A DNA stretch of 64,000 nucleotides from the human T2T-CHM13v2.0 reference genome, Homo sapiens, in assembly GCF_009914755.1 (NCBI RefSeq), contig NC_060930.1. One strand, written 5' to 3'. This document shows positions 25,846-41,630 of this stretch, one piece after another. A model generated the notes under the pieces. That model worked only from the letters and a program-made list of their open reading frames with translations, searched no databases and had not been told where the DNA came from. Each line of letters starts with the position of its first letter. The first letter of the stretch is position 1. The position numbers and the translations under genes were made by a program.

Positions 25846-28634
25846 ATTTTTTTTTAAATGTTGCTAGATAAAAGCTTCTGGCTAAAGGTAGAAATATACC
25901 TTTTTTCTTCCTATTTTTGAAGAATTTTTGTCTCTATGTATTAACGATATAGGAACAGTATCTTGTATAGGACTAGGAAGATGGAAAACTAAAAATAGAC
26001 CCCTGTAATCCTGGTGAATCCAGGTAAGGGATCCATCCTAAAATATCTATACATTGTTAACAGTTATTCTGATTTTAAAAAATTTTAAAGCTCTTGTTTG
26101 TATGTTTGATTCTAATAAAAGTAAGAATACAACAGAGTGGTTTTGATCAATAAGATGTGTTTGCTGAATTGTGGGTGCGAGGTTGACAGGGTCAGATAAT
26201 TTTGGTTATAGAGCTGGTTCTGTCAATAACTCTGACCTTGAGCAAGTCACATCAGTTTCTGCACAGATAAAATAAGGGAGTTGGATGAAAAAGTCTTTAA
26301 AATCCCTTCCAGTTGTAAAATTACACGATTCTGTGAGGTATTTTAAAATTCAATATTGGACTGAAAATTACTCTTCTGGATCATTCTCTTTCCTTCAGCC
26401 TTTTCCTGATTCAGTGTTAATCCTTGAGCATAGCTTAGTGTTATGCAGCATAAACTTTTGTCAGTCATTGGTTAGGAACCATCTTTTACCCCACCTTCAC
26501 CCTCTTCCCCAACACACACCTTCCACTGTGGTTAAAAGAAAGACCCAATGTCAGACTGAGGAAATTCATCCTAAGGAGGCAATGGCAGGGAAGAGTTGGC
26601 AGAAGGCCAGGAGAGCACTGGGGGGGTGAAAGGAGTCCATACCATTGGTTCTTAGCTTCAAGACCTAAATCATGGAATTAAAGTATCCTAGTCTCTGCAT
26701 CCTGCTTCCTGGAAAGAGAGAATCCTGACTCAGCTACTCAAGCGTATTGGATTCAACTTGGCAAAAATGAACCTATATGCAAATTGAAATTGCTATATCA
26801 GGTGCTATGCCATTCAGAGCTTGGGGAGTCTTACTGTGGGAGAAACCTGGTAGAATTTGGATGATGACAAGAGGCCATCTTCCTTCTCACACTTGGAATT
26901 ATCATGAACTAGGCTAACAGGCAGAGGTCCACATTGGGATGGCTGGAGCCACATCTCTGTAAGAGAGTAGAAGCTCTTGGCAGGGTGGTCAGCAACCACT
27001 GAACATTACCAGGGACAAATCCCTTGCACTTAGGACAACCAAAACCAGAAGGCACAATGAGAAGCCAGCAGTTACCAAATTTAGCCTCAAGGGACATTTG
27101 AATTCTCTGTCCACCAGCAGACAGTAACAGGGGAACTACAACAATGCTAGAAGAAAGTTGGAAAGCCTGCCAGTTAAGCAGTGGGTGCTTGGGGCCATTA
27201 TAAACTGGAGTATTAAGGGAATTATCATCTTACCTATGTATTGAGGTTGTTGAAGCCTTCATATATAGATTACATTTTCAACTATAAAAATTTCTTAAAG
27301 TGAAGGCCAGCAGGAAGTTAATAAGAGAATGAAATGGTCATTTCTGTACATTACACATATACATTCATCAAGAAAGCATAGTGGGGAGAAATATGAACCC
27401 ATCCTTGTAGGTGCTAACTCAATGAATACCAGTTCACATTTTCAAATCTTTTTGTTTGTTTCATTTATGTAAAAGTTGTTTCATACTACAAGAACTGTAT
27501 CTTCATTTGAATGTTTCCACATAACATTTCTTCTTTAGTCGTGTGCATTGTGACTAAGAGCTCCATGTATTTAACCACTACTTTTCAACAAACACTATTT
27601 ACTGAACATGTTACAACCTTTAAAATCTTATTTTTATAATTTCAAAATAAATCACTTTTATAAAGCTCTTGGGTTAGTCACTAAGCTACTACTTTGGAAA
27701 ATAGAAGTAAACTTTGAAAGATTATGGCACGTTTGCTCATTAAATTCTTATATCATTTAATACAAAACTATATATACAATTTGTAAAATAACTTCGGTGA
27801 AGAGTTATTATAAAATTAAGCCTATCTCCAAAAATCCAAGCAGAAAATCACTTCGGCAGATACAATGTCTTATCATTGTATATGTTAAAAATCTCTCAAT
27901 CAGCTTCTACAAACTTACAGCCTGTTCTGTTTCATATAGGTATTCAAAAATATGTCCGAGATAGACTAAAGAGCAGACACTGTCATTTTCCCAAATGCTA
28001 GAAAATTATGAACATATATATGTATTTATATTTTGTATTTATACAAATATATAAGCATATAACATTACATATATGCACTTTAACCTGAAAAGGCATATAT
28101 CGAAATGTTAACAGTGGGTAATTCTAGACTTAGACTTACTTATAAATTTTATCTTCTTTCAGTTCATTTTCCAGGTTTTCTAAAATATCTATGTATATTT
28201 TTGAAGCATAAATATTTATTGAAACCCTATATATGAATATTTTATGGCTTGGAAAGATGGCCCTAATAAAAGGTAGTTAATTGGTAGTGCACTTCCAACT
28301 ACAGGGAGTATAATTGCCCAAAGGCCTCTGCTGCTGTTCTCCGAAAATCTGTCTCTGCATTCATGCCAAGGCCACAGTGATTGAACCTGATAGAGTTACT
28401 ATTGCAGTCTCCTTCATGGGAATTGTAGACTCTTCTGATGATGGAGGAGTCCACGTCTCCCAGCTCTTCTACTAAAGTACTCCTCAAGGTCTTGCTGAAC
28501 TTTCTCTGCACTACATGGCAGTCTAGGATATTACCACTCACCTTCCCATCTTTCTTTGCTTCACTTGGGGTCATATCTATCTATCTATCTCCCAGCCTCT
28601 CCCCACTTTCTTTCACAGATTCATATCTTATCAG

Positions 28635-29206
28635 CAGGGTCCCCAACTCCCAGGCCACGGGCCAGTACTGGTCTGGAGGCTGTTAGGAACTGGGCCACAC
28701 AGCAGGAAGTGAGCAGCAGGTGAGCCAGTGAAGCTTCATCTGTATTTACAGCCATTCTCCATTGCTCCTATTACCTCCTGAGCTCTGCCTCCTGTCAGGT
28801 CAGTGGTAGCATTAAATTCTTATAGGAGCACGAACCCTATTGTGAACTGCGCATGCAGGGGATCTAGGTTGTGTGCTCCTTATGAGAATCTAATGCCTTA
28901 TGATCTGTCACTATCTCCCATCAACCCCAGACAGGATTATCTAGGGTTGATGAGAGACTGTCTACTTACAGAAAAACAAGCTAAGGGCTCCCATTGATTC
29001 TACATTATGGTGAGATGTATAATTATTTCATTATATATTACAATGCAATAATAATAGAAATAAATGTAATGCTCCTGTGGCCTTGGCACAATAAATGCAA
29101 TGCTTTTGAATCATCCCAAAACCATCCTTTCCACTGTCCCATAGTCTGTGGAAAAACTGTCTTCCACAAAACCGGTCCCTAGTGCTAAAAATGTTGAGGA
29201 CCGTTG
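28635..29206 (+). mobile_element. MER1A (hAT-Charlie) DNA transposon, probably inserted in an older ERVL-type LTR
   Basis: CAGGGTCCCCAAC...GAAGCTTCATCTGTATTTACAGCC...CTTATGAGAATCTAATGCC...GAGGACCGTTG. Confidence 0.88.
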
Positions 29207-30601
29207 CATCTAATCATGTCTTGATGTCTGCTAGTCAGAGAAGCTGAAATAACACAGGCTGCAAAGCAGGATACCCCATTATTATATTTTGGTTGGAAAA
29301 ATGTATGTGTGTGTGTTCACGTTATGTATTTATACATATAAATATAAGCATACATAAATCTATGTATGTTTACAAATAGAAGAAAATACAGAAGAGTGGC
29401 TTTCTCTTGATAGAATAATTATAGGTAATTTTTTACTTGCCTGTATTTTCTTAAAGTTCTACAATAAATATGTACTATTGTGCAATAAAAAAGTAAACTT
29501 TTACATGTATTGATTTTGTTCAATCCACAACAGATTTATTTGTACCTAACTTTGCATTTTACTGGACTGTTTAAAGAATCAATATATTCATTTACTTCTT
29601 CACTGAAATATTTGCTATGCCTACTATGGACGAGGTCCTGTGCAAGGAGCAATGGCAGATGGAAAGGTAAAGGTGAATCAGTGAAGTCAGGAAAGTGGGG
29701 ATCTAAATGGCAATGAGTGGTGAGTGCCTTGAGGGAGGCGCAAAGCCAGTGCTGAAGGTTCAAAAGATGAAAAGAGAGCATGTGTCTGGAGGACTGAGAA
29801 GAGGGAGTGCAGAGGTGGCATTTCAGCTAGACAATGAAGGAACTGGAAACTTTCTTTCTAATTTCGAATTTTGTTTAAACAACCTCTGCAGTTTGGATCA
29901 CAGCTTAGGAGTCCTTAGGAGTTTGAGACTGAATTTGTTCATTCTCTCCCCTATATCTGAGCACAGGTAATATTGCTCACGGCACTTTCCACCCCCATCT
30001 TCTCACCCACCAACTTTCTCCCAATGAGGTCTCCTTGTGATCCCAGTCCTGAACCTGAATCAGGGAGTCATTATCTAAGGTTATGGTACTCTTGATTTTA
30101 TGGCCACCTGGTGTGGTTTCCTCACACTTTTCTAGGTTTAAAAGCAATCTCATTATTTTTAAAGATGCTTTTCATTTTTATAGTGATCACATCTCCATTT
30201 CTACTGATGGTCACCATGGGTTTTGCCAGGCAGCCAGTTTCCTGCTGGCTCTCCCTATTCCTTCAGTAACAAAAGTCTGTGAACTCCATCTGAAAGTGCC
30301 TGCTTTAACTGGATCAGCTCTGTTTCTGGAGTTTCAGAAGTGGGACATGTCCGGGCTCACCAGACGAAGACATGTTATGGAGCAGGTCCTATACTGATGG
30401 GTAAAAACAGAAGAAATGGCAGACACAACAGCAAAAGCCTAGGTCCCGACACTCTGCCTTCACTTCACAAAGCAGTTGGCTTTACAAATACGCAACACAC
30501 ATCTGATTTCTCTATGGAAAACAGCATAGGTACACCACTATCAGGATTGCCTCTCATTTTATCTAAAGGACTAGAATCACTTGTTTAAAAGTGGCTTAGT
30601 A

Positions 30602-30988
30602 CAGTCCTCCCACAGTATCCTGGGAGGATTGGTTCCAAGAATACCTCCACCTCCAGTCCCCATGCATACCAAAATCCTCAAATGCTCAAGTCCCTTATAT
30701 AAAATGACATAGTATCTTCATATCACACACATCTTCTCATATACTTTAATCATCTCTAGATTATTTATACTTCTCATATACTTTAATCATCTCTAGATTA
30801 TTTATAATCTATGATTTATGATACCAAATACAACGTAAATGCTACCTACTGTATTTTTACTTGTATTAGTTTTTATTATTATATTGTTACTTTTTATTGT
30901 TTTGTTATTGTTATTTTTATTATATATTTTCCATCTACAATTGGTTGGATCTGTGGATGTGGAACCCACAGATACAGAGAGCCGACTG
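30602..30988 (+). mobile_element. MER2 (TcMar-Tigger) DNA transposon
   Basis: CAGTC...GACTG termini flanked by TA; ATGCTCAAGTCCCTTATATAAAATG core. Confidence 0.88.
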
Positions 30989-31865
30989 TACTGCGGTCTT
31001 TCCAAGTTTGGAAACATCACTCAGAAAATGTTTTAAATTGTTTTGTCATGGATAGAATGTCTTTCTTCCTGTTCGTATGCCTGCCTGATATATTGATTAT
31101 TAGTACAAATGGGATAGAGTTGGGGTAGGAGTGTGCCTTATTAACATAATCTAATGTCAAATTCTGCTACATGAACCTATGTTACTGGGCTCACCACAAG
31201 CTTAAAATCGAAATCCTGCATTAGTTTGTCACTTTGAATACGTTTCCTTTTTCAAAGGGCCCTGTCCAAATCTCACAAGACTGTTCAGACTCAGGAACCA
31301 TTAAACACATAAAAGCACCTCCTAATTACTTCCTTATCTCAAATGTCCTGCCTGTTCTTTGCTGTTAATAGACGAGTTGTTAGAAACTAAAAATCCTGAC
31401 ATTATCACATGGAAAGAAAAGTAGTTCAAAGAAAAAAAAAAACAATAGAACACAAAGTTCTTTGGTGAAATGCTGATTTTGAGAGTAACATAGACAAAGC
31501 AGTTATTCATAAATCTGAGGTAATATTCTTTTCACTTTTATTTAAAGAAATGCTATAGTAGCTGAAACTGGAGTCTACAAATGTTTCCTTCACATGTCAT
31601 TTTTTCCTCCAATTCAGATACACAGACTTATGATTATAAAGTTCTTCAGAATGCATAAGGTTTTCCATTTTACAATAGCAAGCATTTCCACATTTGTTTT
31701 GGAAAAGAAATGTTTAGAAAATTTTGTGAATTCTTCTAGTCAGTAAAGCAATAATGAGGCCTAGGAACATGAAGATGACCAACGCCTCTCCTTCACCCAC
31801 CTTTAAGTACCACCACAATCAGTTTGGTTCCCTTTTTCTGTAATTCATGTGTGAATTTTGTTCTA

Positions 31866-32828
<963 letters not shown>

Positions 32829-33599
32829 CTAAACTTGGGACCTATATGAAATCACAGATTCCTTACAATCACCCCACAGTCCCCAAAGGCTGCCCCTCCT
32901 CCAGCCCCAAGATCTGGGGCTGAGACATCCTTGTTGTCTGTTCATGGATGGGTAGTGTTGTGAGTCATAGAGCAATTCCGTTGCAAATATGGTCAGCATT
33001 AGGCCACCGAGTCTCACAAAAGACTGGGTTGAATTGGGAAATTTTTCTGCCACCTTAGCACAAGTTGCAAAGCCAAGAACTCTATGTCCAGATAACAAGG
33101 CAAATAAGATGAAATTCAACCAAGATGGGAGAAGAGTGACATGGACAAGGGGAGTAGTTCTCTTGCACCCTAAAGCCTACTATTTGGGGAAATTTATGAA
33201 GTTTGGGGAACAATAAGGCCAATAACAAACCAAGGAAGACGTGAAATCCTCATTTATCTTCCGTTCCACCACACCCCCACCCCTGCCAAGGAGCCGATTT
33301 CACAGAGGTCAATGCTGCTCAGATTTTTTTGTCTGCTGCCCTCTCAAGATTTCTTTTTCTTCAATACTTTTAACCGTTGTGGAAATGAGGTCAGTACTCT
33401 GTGATTGTCATTTTGTTCCAAATTCTTGAAATATTTTATTATTTACAAAGGTTTCCCTACTGACTTAGGACAGGAAAAAATATGAATGTGAAAACCTGAG
33501 AGTCCGAATAATAAAAATTTCAGTTATCATGGCTTTGGTTAAACCAAAGTTATTCCCAAAGAGTTTTTCAGAAATATTTAAGGAACAATTTTGAATAAT

Positions 33600-34330
33600 T
33601 TTATTTTGACATATTAGTAATCTAGTCATTGCTAAAAATTCAGAAAATACCACCAAAAAGGTACAAAGAATAAAACAAAGATCTCTCCTAATTTTACCAC
33701 CCCAAAGCACTCTGTTATGTTTTAGAATCTATCTTTCCAGACTTTTTTCTATACATACCCACATTCAGACAAACACCCACATTTTTAAAATGGGATCATA
33801 GTATTTTTGACAATGTCATGAGATCTACCTCCTTCCTGTAATATTATATTATGACATCTTTTCATGTCAATGTATATAGATCTACATTCTTTTTAACCAC
33901 TACATCTTATTTTATTGTACCAATGCACCATAATTTAACTCATTACTTAGTAAGATGTATCAGGGTTGTTTTCTATTTTTTTACTATTATAAGGAAGGTT
34001 GAGGTAAGCATCCTTTGACACAGATCTTCAAATGTTCATCTAGTTATTTCTTCCTAGGAGTGGAAGAGGTCAAACAGTTTGCATATTTAAAATTCCAATA
34101 CATGTTGTCAAACAGCCTTGCAGGAAGCGTACACTGATTATACTCCCACTCCCAGGATACAAGAATGCCTCTGTCTCCACCATGCCAACACTGGAGTTTG
34201 GCTTTTTTAAAAAATCTTTGCCATTAATAAACAAACGAAGAAAGAAATGTATCTTATTAGTTTTGTTAGAGTGAAATTGACTATAGAGATTGAATTTATT
34301 TTCCTATTTTTTAACCATTAGTGATATTTT
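33600..34330 (-). mobile_element. Old L1 (L1ME-type) 3' fragment
   Basis: Antisense L1 3' motifs (TACTCCCAC..CAG; CATAATTTAAC; TTTGCCA). Confidence 0.55.
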
Positions 34331-34331
34331 C

Positions 34332-34654
<323 letters not shown>

Positions 34655-35236
34655 GATATTTTCTTTTTAAAAAATTCTCTGTACCCTGTGGGGTTTTTCT
34701 CCCTTATGATTTTTAATAACCGTTTGCATATTAAGAATATTAACTCTTAGTTTCTGTAGACTATAAGTTCCATGAGGGCCAGACCATCTTCTTAATCACC
34801 GTATACATAGCCAGCCTCTAGTGTAATGCCTGACCCAGGATAGATAATAAAAAAAATATGTGGAATGACTGACCTTGCTCATCATATATGTTCTAAGTTT
34901 ATTTTCCCCGTTTTCTGTGTTTCATCTTATTTTTTTATTTTTTCCCTTCCAAAAGTTTTTAAACTTCATGTAGTAAAAATCGATATATTCCTTCGTGATA
35001 GATGGCATTTAAGTCATATACTTCACGTATCAAGATTATAACAATCATAGCAACAACTATTTATGTGATACTTCATGTGCAAAGCCTTTATATATGCTGT
35101 TTTACATATACTTTACATATGCTTTACATATACTTTTGCAAACCCTTTACATATGTTCATTCATTTAATCCTTGTAACAAGTCTTTTGTGTGGTCAAGTA
35201 TGTCATACCAATGCCTCCCCACCGCAACACCAATAA

Positions 35237-35535
<299 letters not shown>

Positions 35536-35703
35536 TCAATTATTCCTCTTTAAAAAAAAAAATGGTCTAGCTATTCTTCTTCATTGATTTCATTAATTTT
35601 GATATATAATGTGTTTACATTTTCAAACTCAGAAATAGGAAAGGGGATGAAATGAGATGTCCCTCTCTCCTTTAGTTTCCCATTTCCCTTCCCAGGACAC
35701 ACT

Positions 35704-35744
35704 GTGTGTGTGTGTGGGTGTGGGTGTGTGTGTGTGTGTGTGTG
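35704..35744 (+). repeat. Interrupted (TG)n microsatellite
   Basis: TG runs with GG interruptions. Confidence 0.9.
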
Positions 35745-35889
35745 ATTTTTCCTTTCTTTACAGCAATCATAGCATGCTATACACATTGTTCTGCAACCTG
35801 GTTATTTTATTTCAGTTAATAAAATATCCAGGTGCTTTTAAACTCATTTTGTCAACTTTTGATTGTGACTGAGTTAAGTTTATAATCAT

Positions 35890-36246
<357 letters not shown>

Positions 36247-38143
36247 TCAAGTATATGTTACTTCTATTTATCTCCAGCTTTCTCTGTCTTTCAATAGACT
36301 TTTTAGATTTCTTCTTACAAATCCTATATTTTTCTTAAATTTATTTCTGAGTAGTTTGTCTAATTTGTTTTCTCAACCTTATGTAATAGGCTGGAAAATA
36401 ATATATTATTTTTTTAAAAAAATTGCATTTACATGATTACCAATGAGACTGAAGTCTTTTGTACGTTGATTGATCATTTGCATTCTCTGTAAGTTTGGCC
36501 TCTCATCCTTTTACATCTGAATGACAGAGAAGGCTCAAGAAGGCCCCCAGGAGAACTAAAATTATTATTCAATACATGAAAAAATCTAACTCATTATTCC
36601 CATCAAAAGCAATATCTCTACGTTACTTCACTGTTTTTGTTAATAGAATAACAATTCTCCATTATTCAGTCTCAAAATCACATAGTCTTCTTTGATACCT
36701 TTCTCCCTCACCCCGTATTTTCCTTCATTTGTCTAAAGTGATAAAAAGGAAAAATCTACCATGGAAATTGATCTTGCTTCTCACTCCCTTTTATTGCCAC
36801 AAGTGTGTTTGCGTTCCCCATACCTTTGCCGAGTGATGACTGACTCCATGGTCTCCCTACTTTCTCTCTCTTCCTTCTCCACCTGAATTGAGGGTGGATC
36901 AAGCATAGATCTAATTATGATCTAATTACGTTCCATCGTTCACTAAACTTGAATGGTATACCTCCACCTTCCAAATTTAGTTCACATTGCTACCTGCTTC
37001 GTCTTGTCTCCCACCACTATCCTACATTTTTCCTACAGTTCTGCAAAATCAGCTACTTCATGTTCCCTAAATATGCTCTATCTTTTCTGACTCTCTGGTC
37101 TTTTCTCCAGCTATCACAGACACCTGAAATGCCCTCCCGTTTTTCTGTCAATTGAAATTTCAACTCTTGTTCAAGGTTCATCTGGAATATCACCTCCAAT
37201 AACCCTCTCCTGTGATCTTCTCCTCTCAAAACTCCCAGAGTAACTTAGTTTCTCTTAAACTGTCTACCCGTTTTATTATTGCCATTAATAGTTGTTTGAA
37301 AATTGTTAAAGCACAGAGAATATGTCTTGCGCAATGGTATGGTGAAGGGACCCAGTGTATGGGGTCAGAAGATCTATTCAAAGCCCCACTGTTCATTTAC
37401 TAGTTGTTTTAGATTATGTAAGTCATTTAACCTCTTAAACCTCCCTATCTTTAGTTGTGAATTGGTAGTAGTAGTAGTAATGGTACCACTATCAATGCTA
37501 GTGTTAGTAACTGGTTTATAATTAGTAAATTTTGTATGCCCCAAATTCCTATCACATTTGTGCTTTACACCCATGTTATCAATATGCCATGTTCTACATT
37601 TAGCAATATTTTCTAAGATCTTATATTGGAACCTAGTCTCAAAAATGGAAACCATCATTGTTGGCCGGTTGGGAAGATAACAGAATTTTTAAATAACAGT
37701 TTGATAGCTATCCAAAGGTGAAGAAGAACCTTAAATGTATTGACCACCCAAGCTCAGCTTAAAGATAGGTGATGTTATGACAGATTGTAAATAATTGCCA
37801 ATTATGCTGACCAATACCATTCTGATTTTTATGAAAGAGACTACAATATGTCATGAAAGGAAGGGAGAGATGAGAAGATTAGCTCATTCTAATTCCTTCT
37901 GTTTTCAAGTCTAGTCCTGGCGCAAAGGGTAACTGAGTAGGTGAACAGGACTGCTGATTTCTCATGGACCCCACTGTTAGTATTCTCTGAAATAAATTTT
38001 TTAATTGTTCATAACAACTTCGGGTGCTTCGCCCCACAGTGGCATCACACAACACATACATACCACATTTTGTGCACATAAGAGCATGCGCACATAAATT
38101 ACCTCATTTATGTTAGAGAAATAAGATAAAAATGAATGAATGA

Positions 38144-38504
<361 letters not shown>

Positions 38505-38619
38505 TCCATGTGTTTTGAAACCGCTAAAATTCTTTGCTTTTCACATATTTGAGAGGATGGAGGCCACCACAACCTCTCTACCGCTGGGTGAAAAATTCTA
38601 TATATTGATCATGTACAAC

Positions 38620-38815
38620 ACGATGTCTTGTACAACACAAGCTTGTGGAATGGCTGAATTGCGATAATTAACATATCATCTTACATAGTTATTTTTTATG
38701 GTGAGAACACTTAAAATCTACTCTCTGATTTTCAAGAGTACAATATTGTAGTCACCATGTTGCATAATAAATCTCTTGAACTTATTCCTCTTATTTAACT
38801 GTAATTTTGTATCCC
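38620..38815 (-). mobile_element. L1MA/L1MB 3' end fragment
   Basis: GTGAGAACACTTAAAATCTACTCT...TCACCATGTTG..AATAAATCTCTTGAACTTATTCCTC. Confidence 0.7.
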
Positions 38816-38994
38816 TTATCTCGTCCTTTTGTACTCTCAATTTTTCACCTTTGAATTTTACTCTCAGCCTAAAAATATGGCCGTGGCTTCTTATTTCCTG
38901 CCTAAACAGACGTTTTTTAACCTTACAGTTCCATCAGATTACCATCCTCAATCTTTGCCACCTAATATTTTAAAATATATGCAGATATATTTTA

Positions 38995-39149
38995 ATTATT
39001 ATTTTTATTTTATTTATTTTTTTGAGACAGGGTCTCACTCTGTCACCCAGGCTGGAATGCGGTGGTGCAATCATGGCTCACTGCAGCCTTAAACTCCCAC
39101 GCTCAGGAGATCCTCCCACCTCAGCCTCATGAGATCCTCCCACCTCAGC
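38995..39149 (-). mobile_element. AluJ right-arm fragment
   Basis: Poly-T plus reverse right arm, ending in a tandem duplication. Confidence 0.85.
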
Positions 39150-39599
39150 TCTCTCTCTCCACAGCTCCTAACACTGTTGGCCTTCCCGAAACTCCATCTG
39201 TTGCCCCTGATTTCTGTACAATACATGGCCCAGGTTTGCCTAGCTTGCTGACCGTGCCTTCCCTGTTTGCACCTCTCCGTCCAGGGTTGCTTTGTGGGCC
39301 CTCGTCACCCTTCCTCTCCTTTGGCAATCTCATGGCTTTATTTATTCTCTTTCTGCAGATGACTTCCAATGTACATCCTCAACTTTGATCTTCATTCTGA
39401 GCTCCAGTCCCATGTTTTCACCTGCTGGTCATATCCAGCTGGACGTCTCTTTAGCATCTCAAACTGAGGACTATTACAAAAATCATCTTTCCTCCCATAA
39501 CTTCTTCTCTTCTCTTGTTCCCTAGTCATTTGGCTCAAACCCTCAGAGTCATCTTTAACTCTTACTTCTCCATCTTTGACTCCCTGACACTTGTTCCAC

Positions 39600-40020
39600 C
39601 ATGTAGACCAGGGACTGATTCAGGAATGAGCATGCAATCCAACTATGGCCTAGGAGATGGGAGAGGAAGGGAAAGGAATTCAGTCAGGAGGTGTGGGGAG
39701 CAGTTCTGGGAAACATTTTCCCTCTCTTAAGATGATCTCTCTTCTTCTGGACATTATGGCTTGGATGCTTGGAATGACCACTACCATCTTCCATCTTACT
39801 ATTAACCAGACAGTGATGCCTGCACCCAAGATAGCAAAGCAGAAATGGAAAGGACCTGGTCCTGGATGATATCATTGAGTTTCTCAATCTTTCAGACTTG
39901 AAGTCTATGCTACTTTGGAATTTCCAAATTTCCAAATTTGTGAGATATCAAATTCTTCATTACTTAAGCCATTACAGATTGGGATTTAAGTTTAAAGTTA
40001 AACACATGCAATAGACCACA
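39600..40020 (+). mobile_element. Old MLT1 (J/K/L-like) LTR fragment
   Basis: GCAGAAATGGAAAGGACCTGGTCCTGGATGATATCATTGAG...TGTGAGATA...TTAAGCCA. Confidence 0.55.
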
Positions 40021-40518
40021 CTATATTAACTCTTCATTATCTCTCATTTGGGCTATTACAGTGCTATCTGGTCTTTGTGCCTTCGAACCTAATCTATTTC
40101 ATGTACCTGCTAGATTATCCTTCCTAAAGAATCATTTGTTCATGTTGTCTTGTCCAAAGACCTTTATAAACTTCCTAATGCCTAGAGAACAGTCCAGGCT
40201 CAGCAGCTCAGCATTTGTGGTTTCATAAATCCCTACCCTCCCTCCTCTACCTACCTTCTGTTAACAGATACACAGAATGAAGTGCTCTCACAGATATCGG
40301 TCCCTTTTCTGCTATGTGCATGTTTTCTCTGCCTGGAATACTCTTGCTTTTTGCTTCACTTTCACCTGTTTATATGCAATCTTCTTATAACTTTCCCTGA
40401 TATCTCTTCCACTTCCACCCTGTGCAAAGTAATCCCTCTTCCCCTAAGTTTCAATGGTATTTATTGCCAGCTACCTTGTATCAATGCTATTTATATAGTG
40501 CAGTCTGTTCTACTACAA

Positions 40519-40668
40519 GCCCTGTTCCATAGAACAGATGGAACACATGGTTTATGGAGCACTTGAAATGTGGCTAGTGCAACTGGAAGTCTGAATTTTA
40601 ATTTTGTTTAACTAATTTAAATTCAAACAGCCCCAGGTAGCAAGTGGCTACTGTATCAGGACCTTACT
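40519..40668. mobile_element. MER3-like hAT-Charlie fragment
   Basis: GAGCACTTGAAATGTGGCTAGTGCAACT...AATTTAAAT..CAGCC..GTGGCTACTGTAT. Confidence 0.7.
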
Positions 40669-41059
40669 AGACTAAAAAGCTCTTGAATGTAGTCCAGGAA
40701 CTATATCTTTTTTTTTTTTTTTTCCTGTAGTGACTACACAGAGCACCTGAAAGCCAGTCTTGTTTTTTCCTTTTTATTTTCTCCAGTCTTGAGGATAAAA
40801 GACACTGAATATTTACTGAATCAATAAATACAGAAATCACATTTACCAAATACACAAAGACTCCTAACTATTTTTGTCCCAAATCCAAATAGATTAAATA
40901 AGGAAGAAGAAAAGGCTGAATGACCAAAATTCTGGTTACTAAGAACAGAGGGACAGTTCCATTGTAAAAGGATCTATCATCTCTCTATCTCATAACAGTC
41001 CTCCTCTTAGTGAGATAAAGGAACTCTCTGAAGTTTAAAGCTCTTGGGTTTTAAAAACT

Positions 41060-41630
41060 ATTTACTTAGCAATAATTTCACGCTTACCAAAAATTGCAAG
41101 AACGGTACAAAAACATCCGGATTCACCAATTTTTAATTGTTTTATTTTAAAAATAACCCAGATTCACCACCAAGGTTTAAATTGTATCAATCTCTTCTTT
41201 CTGTATATGTGTGTAACAGATGTGTGTATGTGTGTATATGTATGTATTTTATTTTTTTCTGAACCGTTTGGGAGAAAATCACATATATCATGTTCTTTTA
41301 CCCCTTAATATTTCAGTGTGTTTGCTTATAAACAAGGATATTCTCATGCAAACATATTCAGGAAATTTAACATTGATACAATTCTTTAATCTACAGCCCA
41401 TATTCCAATTTCGCCAATTATCCCAATAATGTCCTATATGACATTTTTCTCCTCCAGTAAAGGATCCAGTTCAGGGTCACATATTGCATTTCGTTACCAT
41501 GTCTTTAGTTTTTTCTAGTCTGCAGTCTTTGTCTTTTATGACATTGGTCATGATTTAAAAATACAGGCTAGTTATTTTATATTTTATTTTCCTCTACTTG
41601 GGTTTGTCTGATGCTTCCTCATGACTACAT
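41060..41630 (-). mobile_element. L1MC4/5-like 3' fragment
   Basis: AACAAGGATATTCTC; GGAAATTTAACATTGATACAAT; GGATCCAGTTCAGGGTCACATATTGCATTT. Confidence 0.65.

Noticed and set aside
26700-27260. Unique-looking segment considered as a processed pseudogene
   Set aside because: No recognisable protein similarity, poly-A or TSD; could be an old LTR but I cannot assign it
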